DNA of 64,000 bases from contig OZ249451.1 in the NCBI GenBank assembly GCA_965235115.1, forward strand, positions 12,028,001 through 12,092,000, read 5' to 3'. The stretch comes from Laetmonice hystrix. Lineage: Eukaryota. This document shows, in pieces, positions 12,401-24,400 of the stretch; position 1 is the stretch's first letter, and the number at the start of each line of letters is the position of its first letter. The translations under genes and the position numbers were made by a program. The notes beneath the pieces were generated by a model. The model searched no databases. It saw nothing but the letters and a program-made list of their open reading frames with translations, and was not told the origin of the DNA.

Positions 12401-15400
12401 CGGCAATGGACATCTTCATGTAATCTCTTTGGATATATAGAGGGAGCACCAGTCAATAATACCGTGAAACGGATGAACTTTTCTTGGATCGCAAATATTT
12501 TCAATCTCCTGGTAGTACTGACTGGGCCATTGGAGTTTCATGAAAAGCCAGAGATAGAACATGATGGGGCGACTCAGTACCAATGAGGGGGTACTTTGTC
12601 CTACGAGGTGGGGTATTCTGCTCTAATTTATGCACTATTTAGACTGTCTAACATTATAACTAGACATCAAGTTTCGGCATATCTAAACTACGTTATAGTG
12701 TTGATATAGCCGTCAGATCATTAGATATCGCAGGGGTACTATAGGTTTACGCAATGCTAACCCAGTGTCTATTATGACGTCAGAGCGTTCGTGGGCAGTT
12801 AGAAAGCATGACGGTCAGTGATAATACTGTCATTTTGTTGTCAGGTAGGGGCACTACGATCATACAGGAGGACTAAACCATGACACTGTCATTTACTTAA
12901 ATTATTTACCTCTGATATATTCTGTAATATTATACTGAATGAAGTAATTAGTTTGGTAGGGATTTTACAAGTTGATGCCGTGTATCATACTTGCCTGTTG
13001 GCGACGGTGGGAAGTATTCTACGTGTACATAGAATAAGACATTATTTTTCTTAAATATAAATGAGAATGGCTTAATGTCCACATCATGCCTGAGTAGACC
13101 GATTAATCCAATAATCGTACAAAGTACATGGAGGCTAACATAGGTAATTTTTATGATTGGCTTCTCAACCTTAATTGTATGGTTCAGTATGAAGCATAAT
13201 TAACGTCATTTACATTAATAAAATGTAGCATTTAAAACTTGATGTACAAACCTTTACTCTAGGTAACCCCTAACAACCTTGCTATGCGTTGACGTCGACT
13301 TCCGGTTTTAAGTATAAACCGGAAGTGGTCGACGGTTTCGACCTTGACCCCCTTGACCTCCCTTTGAATTGACACTTACTGGTGTTGTATGTTTCCGTAT
13401 ATTTTATTGTGTATGCCTACATATACAGTACGTGCGAAATATCGAGCTACATTATGGTATCTAAATAGGGCCTACCGGTAACCGGAAACCCAGCACTGTC
13501 AAAAGCTACGTTAAGAATGTGAAGAAAACGTGAATCCGATTCACACCATCCAACCAACTATTCTGTTCGGAAGAGGAGTTGGGGCGACTGAGAACAAAAT
13601 ACTCACGTCTTTCACAAATAAAACTCTGGTGTTCACTGCAGCCGACGTCGCTCCATTCGTAGGTAACTGAGACCTTGTAACTCATGACGACACACTTCTC
13701 TCCCTCATTGGATGGAACCCCTCCGGCCCAGGGGGCAAACCGCAGCCGGTCACCTGTCGGAAAACCAAACCATTCACATGTTATCATTTTACGTCCAAGG
13801 CCCTCGTTGGAGTCACCCATGATTAGGGTATGAATCTTTTTTCTGAAAATATTAGGGGTTAGTGACAAGTTCTTGGCTGCGAGCACATCCATTTTATAGG
13901 CTGTCCTCGTACGTGCAGATACATATGAAACAAATGAAAGAAGAAGAAGAACTTTGTTGTCTTTTTGACACGAAAGCTTTTCTTCAAACGTTAACACCAT
14001 ATCAGAAGAAGAAATGTTAAGGTGAATGGTTGGCAAGTTCAACTCTAATACCCCGCCTTGACCTTGCTCATGTTTGAGCTCACCGTTAGCCCAGGCCCAG
14101 TTGACCTTGGTTGCTCCAAGCCAGAATATGCCCTGAACGCATGGCAGAACTTCCCGGATAGCGTCGTGACTCGCCTCCGATGTAATCTCCAGTAATCGAG
14201 CACCCTTGGCGAAACATCCGTTACGGGCTCCGAACCACGTGTCCTCGGCGTACTGATCGTAAGATATACAAGCCTCTGCCGTACTCGTCAAACCTTTCAA
14301 CTGACATTCGCTCTTATCATAATCTAGATAAATAAAAGCAAACGATTCCATCATCGTAACTATGAATGACGTAACTGAGTTCAATAACACCCCGAGGGAG
14401 CGTCTCACAACCATCGTTATATCTTGTAGGTTAAAATCCCAAATAAACATGGTTTTAATGCTACATTCTGATACACAACTCTTTTCTATATTTTAACGTG
14501 TTTTTCAGCCACTTAAAATGGAATACATATTTCTGAAAAGAAACATTGAAATACATAGTGTGCTAACAATGTTAGGGGACCATTATGATTAGCTTGCAGC
14601 GACCTCTGACGACTCTCAAAGAAACTATATGTAACGTTCGCCAACATGTCTATTTGATATCGTAACCCTACACGTGTCGGTATCCATGGAGACAGTTACC
14701 ATACATGCAGATGTACTTGAATTTCCTGGCGCACCTCTCGCTCTGCCACCGCCAACTCTCGCTGTCACTCTCGCACTTGTAAACCATGCACTCCATGTCA
14801 TCAATCCCGCCGCTGCCGCCAGAGGGCGACCCAAAGGCCCACCCGCCGGACCAGATACCTGGGGTCAGAGGTCAAGATGTAAGCTGACAGAACATGAAAA
14901 CTGTTGCAATGGGTATTTAATATAAACTTATGGGAAGAATAAAAAAATTCTTATATAAAATTCACGGCTCCAAAGTGGAGTGAGCCTGTGCAACGCTTCG
15001 TATCATGTTAAGTATATGGCGGGTTGCGTTCCTTTTCGGTTACCTGCTATGTAAAGCCGGGTACACGAAAGGTGATATAGATACACTAATTATAAAAGAA
15101 ACCCCCAACAGTTGTGAAATAATTACCGTCCACCAAGAAGACCTGGTTAGAGCTTGTGCCTCCACAGTTCTGGTCGAAGTCTCCCAGACATGGCTGGGTG
15201 CATTCTGAACTGAATCCATACGACCCGAACGAATTGTCACAGTTACAGAGGATGCCGGACTGTGGCAAAACAAGGAAAATACATTGATGTAGATTATCTC
15301 ATATATTTCTAAACGCATAGATTACATATTGTAGTATTTCTAAGAGCCATTTTAAGAGTTAGGATACATTTAAAGTCGAAATAGGCGCTTATACGAGTAG

Positions 15401-18400
15401 GTCTGTATAGGCCTCTGTGACACCATGTGATCAATTTTCTTCATTTATGTTGTTAAAAAAACGGCAGAACGCTTTGTTCTTGAGCCTCAGGCCGGGCTCA
15501 AGTCAGTAAGCCTATAGCTGTGACGTCACGTGACGTCACAAGACCACTAATGCCGACTGGTGGTGCTCCCTGTGTATGTTCGACTGTACCATCGGCCGAT
15601 TCTCTAGTTCAGGTCAAGGAGGACTCTCCTGGTCGGGACTAGCAGAGCCCCCTTTGTGCTGAACTGGGAAAAAGAACCGGGCTAACTGTATCACAGCGAC
15701 ATCTACCGGAAGTCGCCTGACTCACCTGGACGCCGGCGTAACGGTAGCCGGCTCGGCGACACCCTTCGATACATTTCTGCGGTGTGACATCATTAATCTG
15801 AACTTGGAAATTCAGGTCCTTGTCGACCGGGTCGTCCTGGAAACAGCCCTGAGAGGAGAGGTTCACCCGCCCTTAAAGAGGTCAAAGTAATTGCATTACA
15901 ACATGATGTTTGATAATAAGGCCAGACCCTGGCGCTGTCGTGCCACCCGATTAACGTCATTCTTCGGTGGCGGAGTTACTTAAGGGCCTAACTTCCTACT
16001 CCCGGTTGCTGCCTTTACTGAAACTGTTAAAAGGACACACCCCTTACCAAGAGTTACTGAAACTGTTAAAGGGACACACCCCTTACCAAGAGTTACTGAA
16101 ACTGTTAAAGGGACACACCCCTTACCAAGAGTTACTGAAACTGTTAAAGGGACACACCCCTTACCAAGAGTTACTGATTTTGAAAAAGGGCATCAAGCTG
16201 CTACACTGGTTTCCGAATTTACCTTCCCATGAGGTCTATACTAACGCACCTTCAGTGACTTACATACAGGATTATTTACAGGCCTACCCATCCCTTACTT
16301 TAAGTGACCTACCTGTCACCCAGTTCCAATCACCAACCACTCCTCGTAAACCAATCCACGTATCCAAGGCCGAGTTGTCATTCAATAGCTTGTAAAGCAT
16401 CTCCTGAGAAACAATAAAAGACAAAAATAACCTTCACAGCGCCTCGAAACCATCCGGGAATTATAAATCCCGGATGCCCGTGTTGTAATTTAATGAAACC
16501 ACAAAGTATTAACCGATGCAATGCCGATCCGATTCTACGCACTCAAACCAGCCACTCTCACCCACGCCATGTGTGGGAGAATGACAGCTGTAGTTCAAAT
16601 AATGACCGCTAGATGGCAGTACAGTGTAGACGAGGCGATACGGCAACACAAACCTTTAATACATATCTAGAAACCGTAATATGTAGGCTAATTGAACATA
16701 TGAGCCATGAGGATTAGAAAAACACTTCTAAATTCTGATTTATTACCTGGAGACTTTTATCTTGAATGACCGCTAGTTGACCTTGATATACTTCCTGACA
16801 GTATTGGTTGGCCTCGTCCCACGTTTTTCTACAGTTACAGAGCAGGTATCCCATCCCATTCCTCGTCTTCTCTTGACATCGGTCACACGTCTGGCCTGTA
16901 AAAGTCACATCATTAGTAGAGTATGAGTTCATTATACTAATTCGTTAACGTGTAAGTTCATTTTGTGCTTAGGACCACTGTACACATATCCAAAAACACC
17001 ATTACGACATATCTCTATCTATCTGTCTGTGTCTGTCTGCCTGTCTGTCTGTCTGTCTGTCTCATTTTGAGGGCCACACAGCCTACAGCGGCCCCTGGCA
17101 ACTTTCAGAGAAACTATGTTAAACTGTCAGACAGGACGAAATATTCATTTCATCTGGTTGAAGTAAAAGAGATTGTTTCCCGAAGACTGAGCCAACCTTT
17201 TGGCGCTCGACCATCTATCTGTCCAATCTATCTATCATTGTCTTGTTATAAGATGATTGTAAATCTTGGTCGTCCTCTTCCAGGTCTAGAATTGTCACCA
17301 GCCAGACAATTAAGCTTGGCTCTACCTTTTAGACTTTCAGAGGAAAACCAAGAAGTACACATCTAATTCATGCTGGAAAAAGTCGTGTTTTTTGAGGCGC
17401 TTGTCGATATTTCTTCTTTAGAACGAAGCAGCGCTGAAGCAAAAAGGGGGATGGCGAAGTGACGTCAATTTTCTAGCAACTTTTTATCGTCTATGAATTA
17501 CCAGCAGTCCTTGAAACCGCTTTTAGAAAACATTTTTCTTTCTGCATGCAGACAGTTGGCTGAAGAATGCGCCAGACCCTCGGCTGTGGATTTGTCTGAA
17601 TGTTGAAAATAAAATAATGTTTTATGCTGAAGAAAACTTTTGATATCCCCTTATAGACGTATTTATATGTTAACGGGCGAGTCGGTCAAAGTCGACAAAA
17701 GGAACACTTTTCTGTGGTATTAGACAAATTTTATACACCTCGGCTACTTTATTAACATCTGGCCAGGCTAAGGTGAATGCGAATGACAGGCAGGCCTTCA
17801 GATCAACCTTTTCATCTCAGGAATATGATAAGAAAACTGTACAGTCTCATTATGAGTGAGATGATCTTCAGCGTCGGTAGCTATCTACCTATGTGTTTTT
17901 TAAGTCCACCCTGCAATATACATGTCCAGTTCACGCCCTGATAACATAGAATATGCCATTCTAAGAGCATTTCTTTCAGGAAGTACTCTGTTTAGAGGGA
18001 GTCTATTAGAGAAGGTTGGCAGATCGGAACCTGACTAATGTTTTCATGGATGTAATTTTGACAGGGATGCGATGAAATATGTGACTTTTAGTAACGTCGT
18101 CCTTTTGAAAAGAACCTTCGACTGTGTGCTCTCATTTCATAGTGTGAGAACTACATACATTTACCAATAAAACGGGTCAAATTAAGAGGCCTTATACCGT
18201 AATCCCTGAAACGCTACAACTGTGACGCGTTCAGTAAGGCGAACTGGTGCGAAACGTTCTGCGCGAGAGTTTTGGTTCGGCTGAAACGTTTCCATGACGC
18301 CAACCGAAGAGGACGCGGCGAGAGCTATCCTCCTCGAGGAGTTTATGGTGGCTTCAGTCTCTGACAAAATGTGTAAAACCATCCCCATCCTACACCTGTG

Positions 18401-21400
18401 AGAGTGTTGTCGAGTTATGTGGACACACTTGGCCAGTGACGGGACCAGACGACACTTAAACCCGCATTCCCCTCACTGAAAGCAGACGATAGTGGCATTG
18501 TGACGTCATCCTCAAACATTATGGATGTCCACGGTCGGCTGGGTGCGGACTATGTGCATGTTTCTGTTTATTGTCACCAGAAGCCGAGCAGTAACATCTT
18601 CAATAGTGTCATGTGCCGGAGGCCTTTCAATAAGTATATTAAACATTTCAATAAGTTATGAAACATTCCATAAAGAAGACTTGCAAGATTCTTTCACCGT
18701 CCATGGAGTGTTGTCCCAATGTGTCACAACATTTAGTGCAGCAGTCACTGACTGACACCCATGTAATGACCATGTCTGTTCTCAACTAAAATCATCCGAA
18801 TGTTTGAATGACTTAATGGATTTTTGAATACATACACAGTGCTTTTATGTCGTGTAGGCATGGATGTATGCGTGTATGTAGGCCTTATGTATGAACAAAA
18901 ATGTATTATTTATGAAAGTATGCCAGCTTGTAGGTGTCTGGTTACAAGTCTGGTTTATGCATTGAGCTCGGTATCAATATGCTGGACCGTAAGACGGCAT
19001 AATCTAATACCGAGTTTTATGGAACCACAGTCCACTCAGAGAGGTGTACGCCACTGGGAGCAGTCCTTGCTCTCTCCATGTAGCTTTCCCCTAACCCGGA
19101 TATAAAATCCCAGACACTCCGTTTTTCTTGGTTTCGGACTTACGTGAGGCTATTGCAGACAGGGACACAGGAGCATTATAGCGGCAATGATCGCGTAGTA
19201 AGTAACTTAACACATTTTAGTTATCCGCCATTCACAAATGCCCTTCAAATATTTACCCTTCACAACGACGTTTGTGGACTGAATAGATTTTTCTCCTTCC
19301 AAAAACATACTCAAGTTTCCGCCAGGAGGCGCCGTGGCACCATGACCTGCCGATCTCGTTAGCCCAATTGTGACGTCACTATTGGGCAGACGGCTGGAGG
19401 GATCATTACGTATTCGGTGCGTGTCTGAGATGTGCCGTGGTATGGCGTCTCGAGGGGTGGGAGTAGGGGCTGCCGAATATTGACAGACTTCTGCCTAACG
19501 TGCCATTTTACATAAGTCAGGGGTAGCATAAACGTTACCCTACACCCCACCTGAAACACCCGGCTAGCCTAACGGCAACCTATCTAAACGGATGTCAGGA
19601 TACATTTAGAATGTCAAGATCTCCCTCTGTCAGTCTAGCGGATTAGTCTGATCCATGAGACCGATGTCAATTGTCAAAAAAGAGTTATCAAGGAGGATTT
19701 ATTTCTCTCCTTTTATGTGCTTTCCGTTTTGTATATTTACCCAAACATAACTTACATATATACACACATGCTGTCTACGTTTGCAGGATGTTGCTAAGAA
19801 TCGCGCCTATTGTAGTTGTTTATGCCAGATGGCGAATAGCATGAACCAATAATATTCACCTTCAAATATATACAACACATGCGCCACCTATAGCTTATAT
19901 TTCATACATCTAAAAAAAGGTATCAGTACCGCACGATAACATCAGCGGTGTACGCCGTGATCCTTGCACAAGGCCGAGCAATTGCACTTGATGTCTCAGT
20001 CTTTTACTTTACCCGAGACGCCGCTGTCACAATCTGCCGGAAGCACATCTCTTAAAGGCGTATATCAATCGTGAAAACAGATTTACGTTTTTCCGAGTAC
20101 TAGCATAACGGGCCGAGCAATAAAAACATCACTACTCATAAAATCACGCTGATTGCTACGTTTTTACTGCGTACAGTCACCAAAGTTGGACATTTCTCAT
20201 AGCAGAGGAACGGTGACCCGACGTGTCAAATTTGGCAATTGCACTGGCACTGAAAACATGTCAATTAATCAGTTTTATGGCGGACTTTAAGAATTTCTAG
20301 AAACTTTACACCTTTACAAATCATTGTTAATCTCATATGTTTTGCAATTTTCCCCGCTCATCAAGAATGAGACTTATTTCACAAAATTGATCGTAGCATC
20401 GCTTAAGCTTTAGCAAATGTGTCGAGTTTGAAAAAAAGTTTGTTAGTATCATTTCCAGTGTGCCAACCCGCAGCCTTTCCGCAGTAGGGGGTCTACGTGC
20501 ACCCGATGGGATTCCTAATCCGTAACTGATGTTCCACAGGTCTGGATGTTCCACCTTGATGTTCCACCCTAGGTCTGCCCTCCTTCTGCTTGGGACACTC
20601 CGCTCAAACTGTCCATTCAAAGATGTCCCGCTGTCTCATCCACATGAGTACTTCATGTCATGCTGTTAGTTGAGCCGACAATGGGATCTGGGCTGAGGGC
20701 CGGCGGGGGACGGGATATCGTGCCGGGATCTGCGGGGTGGGAGTGCCGGGGTTCGTGACCCGTGCCCAGCGGGTCGTACCGTCCCCCAGCCGGGTCCCAC
20801 ACGGACCTAGCCAGGGCAGGACGGGAGGGGGTGACGGGAGCGCCGGCCAGGCGGCCGTGACCTGTCCCACACGGACCTAGACAGGGCAGGACGGGAGGGG
20901 GTAACGGGAGCGCCGGCCAGGCGGCCGTGACCCGTACCCCGGCCGGGTCCCACACGTACCCAGCCAGGGCACGACGGGAGGGGCTGCCTCTATACTCTCA
21001 CCAGCCGTTTGGATGTGTGCCCAGGCTGGGGTGACGGGGTGCAGCAGTAGTCCCCATGCCCGGTCCCGGCCCGTGCCTCTGGCAGGTCCCGGGGTGAGGT
21101 CGGGGGGGGGGGGGAGTCCCTTGTTTGCCCGGACCAGGCCAGTCTATAGGTAAGCATGACCGGCCGACCCTGGAGTTCATCCCACGCCGACCGACTGTAC
21201 AGACACCGGGGTTCAGACACACGTCTGGGGACTGGGATCAGATTATCACCGGCTACCCTGACCGGATTTACCGGTGGCCGGAGCAAATAGGTGGAATCCC
21301 CGGCTAATATACACAGCCCACCGTAAACCGGCGGTGAATCTACTCCGTGAACCCAAATACGGCAAGGATCGACCTGCTGGACGTGGGCAAGCCACCCGTC

Positions 21401-24400
21401 TTGACACAAACTTATACATACAATTAGACCTCAGGGAACGCTTCGACCCAAAGGTTACTTTCACATGGTCTCGGGAAAATGTTGGATCGCCAACTGGGTA
21501 ACGTGCATGTGTATTATACAGAATAAATTTGGCTTTCACAATGCTTGAATCCACTCTGAGATTTTCCTTTGCGACTTTCCTGGGAGAAATTGGCCACAAT
21601 GGGACTGCCCATCTTAGAGGAACATGTCATGGTTTTACATGGTCTTCAATATCGGAAGGTTTCCTTCAAAATCGTAAAAAGTATGCAGCATGCAGACACG
21701 AAAAATGACAATGATAGCCGTTTTCCTCGCGAGGTGACTTGATATAAGGGCCTTCATGCAGAATCCACCGGTGGCTTCCCTCTATATCATGTGGAAATGG
21801 TAGAGAACGTGGCATGAGACAACTATGGTTGTCTCTGTGTCTCAGCCACGTGTAGTTTTGTGACTACATATGGAGGTACATGAGGATTTTGTGCGAACAG
21901 GACGCCTGCCTATATTATGTCAGATTGTAAAATCATCAATCCTGAATTTTTCTTTCATACGCCCTGCCATGCCCGTGACCAGGGGTCAGCTGGTCTGCAC
22001 GACAAAGAACTGGTCTCCTCTCTGCGGTCTGTTGTCCTTACATCAAGAACCCATCCCAATATTCTTGCTTACATCTCAACGTAAACGGTAAACGTAAACC
22101 GTAAACGTAAACGGTGAACGATTCTCAGAGTCTTCTCTCCTTCACAACCTGTGTGCAGGTCTTAACTGACAACTGCTTTAAACTGACAACAGTTGTCAGT
22201 TTAGATCTAGGTCTAAACTGACAAATAATGATCACTATAGTGCTGGAATGTTAATCACTAATATGAATAGATTCTCCATGACAGGAATGTAGCCGGCATT
22301 GCTTCTCACATCAACCAAAAATATTGGCAGTGCACATTTTGTTGTTTTGTGTGTCGCATCTAACAAAATACTTGGAATACCTGTAAGAACAATATTATTA
22401 GAGAAAATCATAAGTGGAACCTTTATTTCTATAGTGCCTTTCACAGAGAGCAATTATCGTTAGATACTGTCATCATCTGAATCAGTTCAAATTAGTGATT
22501 ACCATTTCAGCGGCTAGTAATCATTATTTGTCAGTTTAGACCAGGATCTAAACTGACAACTGTTGTCAGTTTAAACCAGTTGTCAGTTTAGACCTGCACA
22601 ACCTGTCGTTAGCTTGTCGTATCGTTAATGTATGTTCAATGGTGATTTTAACGGACGACAGGATAACGATAGTTGTGAAACGCACCCCTGTGTCGTTCAC
22701 TGGACCACCCAGGTATGCCATCACCTTGAAATACTATCTCACGTACCTACTGGATAACAGATAACTTCTCATGTCTTTAGGTTCGTACACAGGGGGAAAC
22801 AGTTTTCAAGTCGACTGGCGCTTTTGTTTATGAGGTCATATTTCCATTAATTTGAAAACGAACCTGCTTGCCCAAATGGGTATATTGTACGGATTTATTG
22901 GGGCAACGACTACTCCTCCCCCACCCCCGGTGATTAAATCCTGTACGGAAATAGATGAAGTAGTGCATGTAATGAAAAGGTAAGTTATTGCGATACGATG
23001 CTGTGAAATCAACGAGGGGGCGCCCTCTGTGGGCCGTTTCTGGTACATGTACTATGGGAAGTGTAGGGCCCGAGTGAGGATGTGGTGGTGGGGTGGGGGT
23101 GGGGGTGGGTGGGGGGGATTAGGAGACAATCCTGACGGCGACTGATGGTCTCTTACAGATAACTGGCAAGGGTTCTGTCACGTGTAACATTCACAGATAC
23201 AGAATTACACGCCCCGCGTTTGATAACCTAACGGAGTTCTGACTTCTTATACCACATCCAATCCGTGCTACCTCCGCTGGCTTTCCCTTCCCGCCCCAGT
23301 TTCCCTGCACCCCGACATCGCAAACTGTCAGAGTTACCCGCTCCCAGGGAGGTAGATGAGACAGGTACGTTACGAGTTGGTGGAGATCCAACTAGGCTGA
23401 AAATCCAAGGTAATACCCAGGGTCAAAGGTCAAGTCTAACACGCAATATGTTCCCCCTTATATGGGTATAGGGTGCGGTGAATGGGGTAGGGTACACCAC
23501 CCTTTTCGGCCGCAGGTAGGGGTTGACTGTGACCTCGTATGTGTACCGGGATTCCATGGAGGAGCTCCCAGTAAGCGTAACAGAAACGTCCCAAATGTCC
23601 ATTGACACTCAAAACATTCCGTTTAATTAACTTTGGGGTACAAATGCACGTAATCCGTGTAAAATAGCAGAGTAGTTAAAATGTCCGTGTGTACTCTGGA
23701 GTGGGGTGATGGTCACTGACCACTCCAGCACAGTTTCTAGTCTAAGTAAAAAGTTCTCACCGAATTTAGATTAAATGTCTGGGAAAGTACTTAAAATTAC
23801 TGGGGGGTTCGTATGACCCGGTGGAGGTCAGAGGTCAAACTGGCCTGAACCTCCACACGCAGCGACACGTTTGACATAGTGCAGCTGTTCATGAATGTAT
23901 GTAGTTTGTGTGAGAAAAAGATGTCCAAAATGTCTCTGTGGCTATAGTATAATCCAATACACCGGGAGGGTGGGGGTCGCTGCGATCGGAGGTTCAACCG
24001 GCAACAAGTTCAAGACTCTCTTGTATCCCGTCTCCATCCATCTGATCGTAATCCCATGGAACGAGTAGTGCCAAACGCTGCACACTCCGAATCACCACAA
24101 CGTCCTTAGCACCATTATATGTCTCTGTAGTCTCCCCGACCTTGTACTGCTTATAGGAAAGGGACACCTTGCGGACCTTTCCATCTGCACCTGGAAAAAC
24201 TTCTTTGATGAGGCCAAGTCGGTACTCGCCTCGCAGGGGGTTACTGTCTGCAACAATCACCACATCTCCCGCACAAAGATTGCGATGTGTGGTGTGCCAT
24301 CTCTGCTGTATCAGTAGGGTTGGAGCATAGAGCTCCGTCCACTTTCTCCAAAACTGCTCCGTGACAGCCTGCACCAATCCGTAGCGTGTATGCAAGTTCT

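Noticed and set aside
13506-14450. 314-aa ORF as a single-exon CDS
   Set aside because: It contains two CTLD halves separated by a GT-AG intron (14083-13754) and is flanked by intronic sequence; the spliced model restores the domain.
15967-16395. 142-aa plus-strand ORF (ELLKLLKGHTPYQ repeats)
   Set aside because: Artefact of the 39-bp minisatellite plus the antisense of exon 3.
18525-18755. Plus-strand ORF with a signal-peptide-like start
   Set aside because: Wrong strand for the lectin gene and no supporting downstream exons.
20052-20320. Possible Kolobok-like MITE (ttaaaggcgtata ... tttacaccttta)
   Set aside because: Only about 10/12 terminal match and the right TTAA is imperfect; insufficient support.
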